Assembly: GCA_963667255.1 (NCBI GenBank)
Contig: OY762940.1
Location: 1 to 64,000, forward strand
Source of the DNA: Candidatus Cloacimonadota bacterium
Lineage (GTDB): Bacteria > Cloacimonadota > Cloacimonadia > G963667145
DNA length: 64,000 nt
Direction: 5' to 3'
A program made the translations under genes and the position numbers. Under the pieces are notes generated by a model, which did not search any database, was not told where the DNA came from, and saw only the letters and a list, made by a program, of their open reading frames with translations. Positions 1-9,343 of this stretch are shown here, in pieces (the first letter of the stretch is position 1; every line of letters begins with the position of its first letter).

Positions 1-393
1 CAACATCACCTCATAAAAATCCAGCTTGAACTGCAATCGGTCATCATCTTTTTGACCATTCGGGAAGTAACAATTAATCAGCACAAATTTTTCAAACTCG
101 GCGATTATCACTCTGCCTTCACTATCAAAATCTTCCCTACCCAAATCGTAAGAGACTTGCAACGGCTCTTCTTTGGTAAACAATGCTACTCCCGAATACC
201 CTTTCCTTTGGGCAAAATTCCAATAGCCAAAATATCCATCCATCGCCAAAACTTGCTCGGGAATCTGCTCCTGTTGCAACTTTGTCTCCTGCAAACCGAT
301 GATATCGGGCTTCTCTTCCTGCAAAAATTCAAAAAAATTGTTCTTATTTATTACCGCTCTAAGCCCGTTCACATTCCACGAAATCAATTTCAT
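1..393 (-). CDS. xth: Exodeoxyribonuclease III / AP endonuclease (5' part; runs off the window)
   Basis: Not in the ORF track. Manual translation gives MKLISWNVNGLRAVINKNNFFEFLQEEKPDIIGLQETK...RKGYSGVA...DSEGRVI...NCYFPNG, the ExoIII motifs. GGAGGA RBS at 397-402. Confidence 0.93.
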   Translation of the reverse strand, partial: MKLISWNVNGLRAVINKNNFFEFLQEEKPDIIGLQETKLQQEQIPEQVLAMDGYFGYWNFAQRKGYSGVALFTKEEPLQVSYDLGREDFDSEGRVIIAEFEKFVLINCYFPNGQKDDDRLQFKLDFYEVML

Positions 394-621
394 TCGTCCT
401 CCATTTTTCGTTTTATTAAATTCACAAGTTCAGAGGTCAAGAGATAAAAAGCGTTAAAAATCATTAAGTTATGTTCAATTGTTATTTTGATAACAATTAA
501 AAGGAGTGACACATTTGTAACTATTTGGAAAATAATGCGTTACGAGTTTAGATATTTCTTGACACATCCAACCCAAAAAAATCTTCTGATCCAATATCAA
601 TAAATATTTAGGAGATTACTA

Positions 622-1740
622 ATGAAAACAGTAGGCATCATCGGTTGGAGAGGAATGGTCGGTTCGGTATTAATGAAAAGAATGACAGAGGAAAAACTTT
701 TCACAAAATTTAAACCTGTATTCTTTTCAACTTCACAAGTGGGGCAAAAAGCTCCTGAAGTTGCCATGGACACTCCATTGTTGCAAGATGCCTATGATAT
801 AGATACGCTGAAGGAACTCGATATTGTCATGGCTTGTCAAGGTGGAGATTACACCAACGAAGTGTATCCGAAATTGATTGCCTCAGGCTGGAACGGATAT
901 TGGATAGATTCCTCTTCCGCTCTCAGAATGAACAAAGACAGCATAATCGTGTTAGACCCCGTAAATAGAGCCATAATTGACAACGGACTGGAAAACGGAG
1001 TCAAAATTTTCGTTGGTGGGAACTGCACTGTCTCTCTTATGCTTATGGCTCTCAACGGATTGTTCCGCGAAAAATTGGTGGATTGGATTTCTTCCATGAC
1101 TTATCAAGCCGCCTCAGGTGCCGGAGCTCAAAATATGCATGAACTGGTAAAACAAATGTGTGTAATCGGGACAAACGCAAAGCCTCTTACAGACGACCCT
1201 TCAACTCCTATTTTGGACATCGATACCAATGTGATTAATACTTTGCACAGCAATGAGTTCCCTACTCACAATTTCGGTGCTCCTCTGGCTGCCAGTCTGA
1301 TACCATGGATAGACAAAGCTGTGGAGAGCGGACAAACTCGCGAAGAGTGGAAAGGTCTTGTTGAGACTAACAAGATTTTGGGCATTAACGACAACCATCT
1401 GCATATCGACGGACAATGTGTGAGAGTCGGCGTTATGCGTTGCCATAGCCAAGCTTTCACTATCAAGCTCAAGAAAAATATCCCTCTGGAAAAAATCGAA
1501 GAGATAATCGCTTCTGGCAACGATTGGGTGGAAGTTGTTCCCAATAACAAAGAAGCAACTTTGGAGAAATTAAGTCCTGCTTATGTCAGCGGTTCTCTAA
1601 AAGTGCCAGTCGGCAGAATAAGAAAAATGAACATCGGAGACGAATACATTACAGCTTTCAGCGTAGGCGACCAACTCCTCTGGGGTGCTGCGGAACCGAT
1701 TCACAGAATTTTGAAAATTGTGTTAGATTATATCAGCTAA
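622..1740 (+). CDS. asd: Aspartate-semialdehyde dehydrogenase
   Basis: GWRGMVGS nucleotide-binding motif, GGNCTVSLM catalytic Cys, YQAASGAG, RCHSQ, GDQLLWGAAEP. AGGAG RBS. Confidence 0.97.
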   Translation: MKTVGIIGWRGMVGSVLMKRMTEEKLFTKFKPVFFSTSQVGQKAPEVAMDTPLLQDAYDIDTLKELDIVMACQGGDYTNEVYPKLIASGWNGYWIDSSSALRMNKDSIIVLDPVNRAIIDNGLENGVKIFVGGNCTVSLMLMALNGLFREKLVDWISSMTYQAASGAGAQNMHELVKQMCVIGTNAKPLTDDPSTPILDIDTNVINTLHSNEFPTHNFGAPLAASLIPWIDKAVESGQTREEWKGLVETNKILGINDNHLHIDGQCVRVGVMRCHSQAFTIKLKKNIPLEKIEEIIASGNDWVEVVPNNKEATLEKLSPAYVSGSLKVPVGRIRKMNIGDEYITAFSVGDQLLWGAAEPIHRILKIVLDYIS

Positions 1741-1780
1741 AATTTTTGAACTAAATTATTAAAAGACTCATTTGATTAAA

Positions 1781-1815
1781 ATGTGCTCTGAAAGTATCTA
1801 CCTTTTGGGGCACAT
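1781..1815. terminator. Stem-loop between convergent asd and galE; probable terminator
   Basis: ATGTGCTCTGAAAG-N7-CTTTTGGGGCACAT forms a 14-bp stem with G-U pairs. Confidence 0.55.
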
Positions 1816-1821
1816 CTTCAA

Positions 1822-2823
1822 TCAATCGCTTTTTTGATTTTGAGCAAATCTCCAAGTATCTAAACACATATCTGCAATATTTTTTTTAGCTTCCCAACCA
1901 AGTACTTTTTTGGCTTTGTCCACATTAGCATAACAAGTGGCAATATCTCCTGCTCTTCGTCCAACAATTTTATAAGGGATATTTATTCCTGAAACTTCTT
2001 GAAAAGTTTTTACCATTTGCAGAACCGAATAGCCTTGACCTGTTCCCAGATTAAAAATGTGCACACCACTATCCAATTCTTGTAAGGCGGCAAGATGACC
2101 TCTCGCAAGATCAACCACATGAATATAGTCCCTTACTCCTGTACCATCGATAGTCGGATAATCATTACCAAAAACCTGTAATTCTTCTCGCCAACCAATA
2201 GCAACCTGCCAAATAAAGGGCATCAAATTATTCGGGATATCTTTCGGGGACTCGCCTATCAAACCACTTGAATGTGCTCCCACTGGATTAAAATAACGAA
2301 GAAGCACAACTTCCATATCAGGATTTGTCTTGGCAAAATCGCTCAAAATTCGCTCACTCATCGCCTTGGTCTCGCCGTATGGATTTGTGGTAATTCCCAA
2401 TGGCAAATCCTCGTGCAAAGGGGAATCTTGTTCTCCATAAACTGTCGCTGAAGAGCTGAAAACTATCTTTTTTACTCCAAATTTTTGGCACAATTTTGCT
2501 ACATTCAAAGTAGCATTCAAATTGTTTTCATAATATTTTAAAGGGAAATTAACAGATTCTCCAACCGCTTTATATCCAGCAAAATGGATAACGGCATCAA
2601 ATTTATGAATGGCAAAAACTTTCTCAAACTCTTTAAAATCAGCAACATCAACTTTATAAAATTTCGGCTTCTTACCCGTAATTTTTTCTATTTTGCTCAG
2701 AACCTTAATCTCAGAATTACTCAAATTATCGGCAATCGTCACATCCAATCCAGCATTAAGCAACTCCACAGCCGTGTTCGAACCGATAAAACCAAGACCT
2801 CCGGTTAATAAAATATTTTTCAT
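1822..2823 (-). CDS. galE: UDP-glucose 4-epimerase
   Basis: TGGLGFIGS, HFAGYKAVGES, FSSSATVYG, YGETK, LRYFNPVGAH, DGTGVRDYIHV. Confidence 0.96.
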   Translation of the reverse strand: MKNILLTGGLGFIGSNTAVELLNAGLDVTIADNLSNSEIKVLSKIEKITGKKPKFYKVDVADFKEFEKVFAIHKFDAVIHFAGYKAVGESVNFPLKYYENNLNATLNVAKLCQKFGVKKIVFSSSATVYGEQDSPLHEDLPLGITTNPYGETKAMSERILSDFAKTNPDMEVVLLRYFNPVGAHSSGLIGESPKDIPNNLMPFIWQVAIGWREELQVFGNDYPTIDGTGVRDYIHVVDLARGHLAALQELDSGVHIFNLGTGQGYSVLQMVKTFQEVSGINIPYKIVGRRAGDIATCYANVDKAKKVLGWEAKKNIADMCLDTWRFAQNQKSD

Positions 2824-3962
2824 TAATTAGAACTTTTAAGAATTTTTAAAACGACATCTTCAATTCGTTTCAAATCTTCTTCTTGCATATTAGTATCGGA
2901 AGGTAAACAAAGTCCATTATCAAAAATTTGTTCTGAGGTACCGTCAATAAATTGCGGATATTTTTCGAAAACCGGTTGCAGGTGCATTGGTTTCCAAAGA
3001 GGACGAGATTCAATGTTTTCTTTCTCAAAAGCAAACCTCAACTCTTCTCTTGAAAATCCGATTATTTTTTCGTCAATAATTACGGAAGTGAGCCAATGAT
3101 TAGAAAAATAATCGGAATTTGGTTCAGTTAAAAAACTTATTCCTGCTACATTTTTAAATAAATCTTTGTACCAATTATTAATTGCTCTTTTTTGCTCAAT
3201 TCTTTTATTTAAAACAAGCATTTGCCCTCTACCTATTCCAGCAACAATATTACTCATTCTGTAGTTGTAACCGATTTGAGAATGTTGATAATGCGGAGCA
3301 TCATCGCGTGCTTGAGTGGCAAGAAAACGAGATTTTTTGATTGATTCTTCATCATCAGAAATCAAAGCACCTCCACCAGAAGTTGTAATAATTTTATTCC
3401 CATTAAAAGACAAAACTCCAAATTTTCCAAAAGTCCCCAAGTTTTTACCTTTGTAAGTAGAGCCAAGTGCTTCGGCTGCATCTTCTACGACAGGAATATC
3501 ATAATTGTCAGCAATTCGCATTATTTCATCAATTTTAGCCGGCATTCCATACAAATGAACAAGCACAATTGCCTTAGGTTTTTTATTTTTTGCAATACAA
3601 TCTTTAATAGCTTTTTCTAAAAGTTCTGGCGACATATTCCAAGTGTCTATTTCACTATCCACAAAAATAGGATTTGCTCCTTGATAAACAATAGGATTGC
3701 AGGAAGCAGAAAATGTGAAACTTGAACATATCACATTGTCGTCGGCTTTCACATCAAGCAAAATTAAAGCAAGATGTAAAGCCGCTGTTCCTGAGCTAAA
3801 AGCAGTACAAGCTTTAACTTTGTTATAATTAGCTAAATCTTTTTCAAATGCATTTACATTGGGACCCAAAGGTGCAATCCAATTTGTATCAAAGGCTTCT
3901 TTCACGAACTTTAATTCTTCTCCGCCCATATTTGGAGAGGAAAGATATATTTTTTTGTTCAT
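2823..3962 (-). CDS. DegT/PglE/EpsN-type sugar aminotransferase (bacillosamine-pathway type)
   Basis: KIYLSSPNMGGEE, SSGTAALHLA, EDAAEALGS, SFNGNKIITTSGGG (PLP lysine), GYNYRMSN. Start placed at MNKKIYL. Confidence 0.92.
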   Translation of the reverse strand: MNKKIYLSSPNMGGEELKFVKEAFDTNWIAPLGPNVNAFEKDLANYNKVKACTAFSSGTAALHLALILLDVKADDNVICSSFTFSASCNPIVYQGANPIFVDSEIDTWNMSPELLEKAIKDCIAKNKKPKAIVLVHLYGMPAKIDEIMRIADNYDIPVVEDAAEALGSTYKGKNLGTFGKFGVLSFNGNKIITTSGGGALISDDEESIKKSRFLATQARDDAPHYQHSQIGYNYRMSNIVAGIGRGQMLVLNKRIEQKRAINNWYKDLFKNVAGISFLTEPNSDYFSNHWLTSVIIDEKIIGFSREELRFAFEKENIESRPLWKPMHLQPVFEKYPQFIDGTSEQIFDNGLCLPSDTNMQEEDLKRIEDVVLKILKSSN

Positions 3963-4056
3963 TTTTTTTCTCATTTTATTTTTATCGAATATAAAATAAT
4001 TCCTTAAGTATTATACTTTGAGGTATAATTTTTGACTAATTTTAAAAAGAACTTCC

Positions 4057-4602
4057 TTACTTTTTCTTCTTAATTATATGTTTAAATTTTAAAACTGCAA
4101 AATTTAATTCAACACTTGTTTCAATATCTGTTGTTTGTAAATCACCATCTAATATTTCCGAAACGATATTTCCACTTTCCCCCATTAATTGTTCTTGTAA
4201 TCGTTTATCTTGAGTTGTAGAAAGAGTATTTATATTGCGAGCCAATTCCCTTATCTTAGCGAAGGCTTCAATTATTGCAAATGTTGTTTGAGTTGCTTTT
4301 TTGCTTTTGAGGATAGTTGCAATCATATACAAACCTTTTTCTGTAAAAACTTTTGGAAAATATGGCGAAAAATTTAATTTCTTGAGGTGGTCGAAATTTT
4401 CGACTACCTCTCTTTTTTCATTCTCATTTAACTCAAAAACATAATCTTTTGGAAATTTATCCGGATTGTTTTTTACAGCCTCATTAACTCTTTTAGTTTC
4501 CACTCCATATAGCACAGCAACATCACTATCAATAATTACTTTTGTATCTCTTATTTCTAAAATAAGCTTTTCAATATCTTTAATTTTAATAATTTCGTTC
4601 AT
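4057..4602 (-). CDS. ORF6N (KilA-N-like) DNA-binding domain protein
   Basis: VIIDSDVAVLYGVETKRVNEAVKNNPDKFP...FTEKGLYMIATILKSKKA fits the ORF6N signature. Confidence 0.85.
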   Translation of the reverse strand: MNEIIKIKDIEKLILEIRDTKVIIDSDVAVLYGVETKRVNEAVKNNPDKFPKDYVFELNENEKREVVENFDHLKKLNFSPYFPKVFTEKGLYMIATILKSKKATQTTFAIIEAFAKIRELARNINTLSTTQDKRLQEQLMGESGNIVSEILDGDLQTTDIETSVELNFAVLKFKHIIKKKK

Positions 4603-4670
4603 TTGCCTATAGTGAATTTTAATTCTTCTCCACCCATATTTGGAGAGGAAAGGTAGATTTTTTTGTTCAT
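4599..4670 (-). pseudogene. 5' stub of the downstream aminotransferase (23-aa mini-ORF) overlapping the ORF6N start
   Basis: MNKKIYLSSPNMGGEELKFTIGK*. The first 57 nt match 3906-3962 with 4 synonymous differences. Its TGA overlaps the ORF6N ATG (ATGA). Confidence 0.85.
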
Positions 4671-4674
4671 TTTT

Positions 4675-5313
4675 TTATTTTAATCTTATAGCCGGATTGC
4701 CAATATAAGTTCCTTCTTTAGAAATATTTCTAAAAACAGTTGCTCCGGCTCCTATGATAACATTACTACAAACTTTTCTATCTTGTATTAATGTAGATTT
4801 AGAACCAAAAAAAACATTATCTCCAACTTGGCAACTTCCACCTATATTAACATTTGTCATAATGGAAAGAAAATTTCCAAAGTGAACATCATGTCCTATT
4901 TGTGTCCCACAATTTACTATTGAAAACTTACCCATTCTTACATTCGTTGAAACTATCGTATTTGGACAAATAACCGAACCTTCTCCGATATTTACAAATT
5001 TTGCAATAGTGGCTTTAGGGGATATAAAAGTAAAAAAATTTACTTTGCCTTTTAATTTTTCGTAAATTAAACTTCTTGATTCTGAATTTCCCAAAGCTAC
5101 TATAATATAATCTGATTTACATAGTACAAAATCTTCAATGGAACTAAGAATTTTATAATCTGTAGGAAAATTATCCAAAGCATTAAGGTTATCATCAATA
5201 TAGCCCTTCAATTCCCAATCTCGTTTTTCTTCGGAAATTTCACTCAACCAACTTTCTATTTCTCTACCAAAACCACCAGCCCCAATAATATAAAGAGATT
5301 TTTTTTCTTTCAT
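4675..5313 (-). CDS. NeuD/PglD-family sugar acyltransferase (left-handed beta helix)
   Basis: IIGAGGFGRE N-terminal domain, hexapeptide repeats, IGHD, GNPA. Confidence 0.88.
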   Translation of the reverse strand: MKEKKSLYIIGAGGFGREIESWLSEISEEKRDWELKGYIDDNLNALDNFPTDYKILSSIEDFVLCKSDYIIVALGNSESRSLIYEKLKGKVNFFTFISPKATIAKFVNIGEGSVICPNTIVSTNVRMGKFSIVNCGTQIGHDVHFGNFLSIMTNVNIGGSCQVGDNVFFGSKSTLIQDRKVCSNVIIGAGATVFRNISKEGTYIGNPAIRLK

Positions 5314-5541
5314 TTATACAGCTAATTTTTCATTTAAATAATTCATAATTGTTTTTAAAGAAGTCATTTTTATAATTTCTTCAGGTTCTATTGAAATATT
5401 AAATTCTTCCTCTATAGCAACAATTAAATTTAAATGCCCAATAGAATCCCAAGTCTCACAATTGTCTTGAGAAAAATCATTGCCTATAGCACTAACTTCT
5501 ATTTCAAAAGTTTCAGCTAATATTTCTTTTAATTTATTCAT
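5314..5541 (-). CDS. Acyl carrier protein
   Basis: Small acidic protein with WDSIGHLNLIVAIEEEFNISI (DS phosphopantetheine site). Confidence 0.9.
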   Translation of the reverse strand: MNKLKEILAETFEIEVSAIGNDFSQDNCETWDSIGHLNLIVAIEEEFNISIEPEEIIKMTSLKTIMNYLNEKLAV

Positions 5542-7117
5542 AATATTCAATTTTTACATCCTTATTTATTTCAAATAGTTTTTTGCTTTCCAAATTATAA
5601 AATTTATTTTCTTTTTCTCTATATTCAAAAGTAAAACCAAGTTTATCATAAAAATCTTCAACTTGTTTATTCTTTAAAGTTGGAAGATATGAAGATTTAA
5701 AATTTTTACACCCTTTTTCTATAAAAATATTTAAAACAAATTTAACAAAATCGTATTCAATATTTCTTCCTAATATTCTACAACTCAACAATAAAGTATC
5801 AATTATTAAAGTTTTATCTTGTTCTTTTAAAATTATTAACCCCGTAATACCATTGTCACCAAATTTATCTTTTACGGATAAAGTATAAATAAAATTACCT
5901 TGCTCAAGAAATTTTACAATATCAGATTCGGAATACCTTTGAGTCGTTAAATTAAATTGATTTGTTTTTTGAGTCATTTGAGAAATTCTGGGTATAGTAA
6001 ATTTATCGGCAGGTTTTATACTTAACACAGTTTCCAAAGATTTTAAATATTCCTTTATATTTAAAGAAGTTTTTAACTTTGCCCTTTCTGCATTAGATTT
6101 ATACTGATTTAATTTAGCCATATCTTCGCTGTTTATTTTATAAATTTGAAAATATTTATTATAGATAGATTTGAAAAATTCCGGAAGTTGATAAATTTTA
6201 TCGGGGAAATCAGGAACCGTAACATCCTTTATGATTTCCTTAACCAAATTTCTCTCCACTGGATTATCATCAACAAAAACCATACTTTCAAGTCCTATAT
6301 TAAGTTCTTTTGCAAGTTCTATAATATTTTCAGCTTTGTTGTTCCAATTTATTTTGTAAGCAGAAAAATGTTCTTCTCTTAAAATTAAATCTGGGTGAGT
6401 TTTCCACAAATCTAAAACATCTTTTTCATTATTTTTACTACAAACAGCCAAAATTATTCCAGCTTTCGAGGCTTCTAACAATAGATTTTGGAAATCGGAA
6501 AAAATATTACCCGGATAAGTATTCCCTATTTTTATTCCTTCCGCTCCATCTTCACCAAGAATTCCTCCCCACAAGGTATTATCAAGGTCAAGAATTATAC
6601 ACTTTTTTCTTTTATAATTGATAGAATCGTATTGTTTAGAAAGCCAATTCTTAAACTCCTTTGCCAATTTCGGATTTATTACAAATTGAGAAGTGTAATA
6701 GAATTTCCAATCAATTAAATCCGAATTTGAAAATTTCCTGAAAAAAGTAGAAACATCAAATAGATAAGTATTCTCTCTATTAAAAGATTTCTCTCTTAAA
6801 AATGCATTATAATCTTCAACTGCTTTGATTAAATTAAAATCGGAATTTACATATTGTAAAGAATAAAAATCTTCTATTGTAAATAAATACAATGGTTTTG
6901 AAGGTTCTAATTTTTCACATAAAATATTAAGTCTGTTTTTTAAATCCTTAAGCTCTTCAATTAGCAATAAACTATTTGATTTAATCGGCAAAAAATAAAA
7001 CCACAAATAAGCATCACAGTTTTCATCAAAAAGCAAACTGCTGTTATAATCACTAAAAACATAGTTTTTATCGAAAAGGTATTCTACCGTATAATTTCTA
7101 AAAACAAAATTTTTCAT
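5534..7117 (-). CDS. FkbH-family HAD-IIIC phosphatase / glyceryl-ACP transferase
   Basis: KCIILDLDNTLWGG, CSKNNE, FVDDNPVER, QKTNQFNLTT, DKFGDNG, LLSCRILGR. Confidence 0.93.
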   Translation of the reverse strand: MKNFVFRNYTVEYLFDKNYVFSDYNSSLLFDENCDAYLWFYFLPIKSNSLLLIEELKDLKNRLNILCEKLEPSKPLYLFTIEDFYSLQYVNSDFNLIKAVEDYNAFLREKSFNRENTYLFDVSTFFRKFSNSDLIDWKFYYTSQFVINPKLAKEFKNWLSKQYDSINYKRKKCIILDLDNTLWGGILGEDGAEGIKIGNTYPGNIFSDFQNLLLEASKAGIILAVCSKNNEKDVLDLWKTHPDLILREEHFSAYKINWNNKAENIIELAKELNIGLESMVFVDDNPVERNLVKEIIKDVTVPDFPDKIYQLPEFFKSIYNKYFQIYKINSEDMAKLNQYKSNAERAKLKTSLNIKEYLKSLETVLSIKPADKFTIPRISQMTQKTNQFNLTTQRYSESDIVKFLEQGNFIYTLSVKDKFGDNGITGLIILKEQDKTLIIDTLLLSCRILGRNIEYDFVKFVLNIFIEKGCKNFKSSYLPTLKNKQVEDFYDKLGFTFEYREKENKFYNLESKKLFEINKDVKIEYYE

Positions 7118-7515
7118 AATTCTACAAGCTCCATTAATCCGACATTTTTGTTATATAGGAAACAAATTTTTTTATTGTTAAAAGCAATTGCTTCAACGGG
7201 TTTTCTAAGAAGAATAAATTTTTCTTTTTTAAGTGTCTCAATAGATTTCAAAATATCAGAAGTAAGGTAACAAAAATGGTAAGCTGTTGTTCCCTGCTTT
7301 CTTAAAATATCATTAACCGGAGATTTTTCATCCAAAGGTTCAACCAATTCAATTTTAGGGAATTTCTTTTTGTCAAGAAAGCAAACTTTTACATTTTGAG
7401 TTTTGTCTTTAAAAATTTTCGAAGATAATTCATAACCCAAAATTTTATAGCTTTTTATACTTTCTTCTATATTTTTGCATGCAACGGCTATATGGTGAAA
7501 TTTAATATCAAACAT
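7114..7515 (-). CDS. VOC-family protein (methylmalonyl-CoA epimerase / glyoxalase-like)
   Basis: FHHIAVAC, QNVKVCF, IELVEP, YHFCY, LMELVE metal-binding pattern. Confidence 0.82.
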   Translation of the reverse strand: MFDIKFHHIAVACKNIEESIKSYKILGYELSSKIFKDKTQNVKVCFLDKKKFPKIELVEPLDEKSPVNDILRKQGTTAYHFCYLTSDILKSIETLKKEKFILLRKPVEAIAFNNKKICFLYNKNVGLMELVEL

Positions 7516-7518
7516 ATT

Positions 7519-7659
7519 TCAATTTCCCCCATTAAATTTTTCCATCGTGGCTTCACCTTTTTGAGAAATTCCTTCATAAATAAATACTTTTTTTATAGTC
7601 TTAAATATTATTTGCAAATCTAATAAAAAAGATAAATTTTCCACATAAAAACACATCAT
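7519..7659 (-). pseudogene. Orphan 3' end of a PglC-type sugar transferase
   Basis: Reads YDV.(shift)FYVENLSFLLDLQIIFKTIKKVFIYEGISQKGEATMEKFNGGN*, a typical C-terminus of initiating sugar transferases. It is still open as a 46-aa mini-ORF. Confidence 0.75.
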
Positions 7660-7667
7660 AATTTACT

Positions 7668-8345
7668 TTATTTAATTGAACGAATAAGCATAAAACTTTC
7701 AGCATATTTAGCACTAATTGTGACTCCACGATTAATAGCTAATGACTTAATCCCTTCTATGGAACGAGCATGAGGGTAAGATTTTAATTGAGTTTTATAA
7801 AATTTCATAGCTTTGATTTTATTTTCAAGATGAATTTCAGAAATTATTTCAAAAACATTAGGAATAAAGGCATCTTGCTGAAAAGGGGGAGCCCATTCTG
7901 TTTCTGATAATGTTTCATAAGATAAAATTGTTTTTACTGAACAGCTATAAATCGGTCTAGCAGCGACTATAGATGCTTCAAAAATAACTTTATGATCATT
8001 GTGAAGATCTCCTCTATAAGGGATATACATAATATTAGGAGATAAATCAGAGATTAATTGATTTATACTTCTTGCTATTCTAGAAATTGGGAATGTATCT
8101 AAATTAGGTGCAGGGAAATCAAAAAAAAATGTATCTTTTATTCCTAAAAATTCATGTGCTTGTCTTGCTTCATTATAAGTTTTCTGCACATCAATTTCTG
8201 AATATATTTTGGGCTCACCCTTATTTGCATTTGTCATTATTGCGATGAACACTTCGTCGTTATTTTCAATCGCTTTTGCTATTATGCCTCCACAACCTAA
8301 AATTTCATCATCACTATGGGGTGCAATTATTAAGATTCTATTCAT
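7668..8345 (-). CDS. PIG-L / LmbE-family N-deacetylase
   Basis: IIAPHSDDEILGCGG, DLHNDH, YETLSETEW, AESF. Confidence 0.9.
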   Translation of the reverse strand: MNRILIIAPHSDDEILGCGGIIAKAIENNDEVFIAIMTNANKGEPKIYSEIDVQKTYNEARQAHEFLGIKDTFFFDFPAPNLDTFPISRIARSINQLISDLSPNIMYIPYRGDLHNDHKVIFEASIVAARPIYSCSVKTILSYETLSETEWAPPFQQDAFIPNVFEIISEIHLENKIKAMKFYKTQLKSYPHARSIEGIKSLAINRGVTISAKYAESFMLIRSIK

Positions 8346-8347
8346 AC

Positions 8348-9343
8348 TTAACTCCTTAATTTAAATATTTCATTCTTTAATTTAAATATTTCATTCTTTA
8401 ATTTAAATATTTCATTTTGTTCATAATAACCTAACCTAGTTCCTGTCTTTATTTTTTTTTTACAAATATAACCATCATAATCATATACTTCATATTTTTT
8501 AATTATAATATGACCCTTTCCTGTTTGTACTATAGGATTGTTATCAACCATATCAATGATTCTGCCCAAAACTCCTTTTATATTACAATTGTAATTTTCT
8601 GCCTCCCAAATAATAATTTTATAATTAGAATAAAATGTATAAGCACCAGGATGAGGGTGACCAGTTGCTTTAATTAGAGTTATAATGTTTTCAGAATTTA
8701 AATTCCATTCAATTAAACCATCCAGAGGAGTTCTTTTCCCATAATAAGTTGCTAAGAAATTGTTTTGTGGAACAGGTCCCCATAAACCTTTTAACAAGTT
8801 AGGCAACCAGTTATCTAAAGCGACTTTCATTGCATTAAATAATTTTTTTTGCAAAGAATTAACATTGTCATTTTTATCTATACTATAATATTCTTGTATG
8901 AATAAGGGGCCTGAATCAGTACCTTCATCTATTTGAAAAAAACTTGCGGCTCCTTTTTTATATTCTTCGATAATCATCCATGCCATTGGAGCTCTTCCTC
9001 TCCCAAAGGGTAATGGTGTAGGATGAAAACCAATGACCCCTAATTTGGGTAAATTCAATATATCTGATTTTATTAATTGAGAAAATCCGATTACAAATAA
9101 TATATCTAAATTTAGAGATTTAAGCTTCACGATGTTGTCAATTTCATTAATATTGTTATCAAATCCATAATAATCAATATTGTTCTTGTGGCAAAGATTA
9201 CTAAAATTTTCATAACCAGAAATATTCGTAATATCTTTAGGTTCATAACCAAAAACTGAAACTAAATTGGCTTTATGTTTTATAAGTGATTTAATTACAA
9301 TTGATGTGCTACTTACTGAGCCAATAACGGCAATTCTTAACAT
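8348..9343 (-). CDS. Formyltransferase (Fmt-like), probably a sugar N-formyltransferase
   Basis: GFHPTPLPFGRGRAPMAW, DEGTDSG, PHPGAYT; located in a glycan locus. Confidence 0.85.
   Translation of the reverse strand: MLRIAVIGSVSSTSIVIKSLIKHKANLVSVFGYEPKDITNISGYENFSNLCHKNNIDYYGFDNNINEIDNIVKLKSLNLDILFVIGFSQLIKSDILNLPKLGVIGFHPTPLPFGRGRAPMAWMIIEEYKKGAASFFQIDEGTDSGPLFIQEYYSIDKNDNVNSLQKKLFNAMKVALDNWLPNLLKGLWGPVPQNNFLATYYGKRTPLDGLIEWNLNSENIITLIKATGHPHPGAYTFYSNYKIIIWEAENYNCNIKGVLGRIIDMVDNNPIVQTGKGHIIIKKYEVYDYDGYICKKKIKTGTRLGYYEQNEIFKLKNEIFKLKNEIFKLRS
8356..8416. repeat. 21-bp tandem repeat (~3 copies) at the formyltransferase 3' end
   Basis: TTAATTTAAATATTTCATTCT x2 plus a 19-nt third copy; encodes NEIFKLK repeats. 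Confidence 0.9.

Noticed and set aside
52..447. 131-aa plus-strand ORF in the track
   Set aside because: Antisense shadow of the exonuclease III gene on the minus strand.
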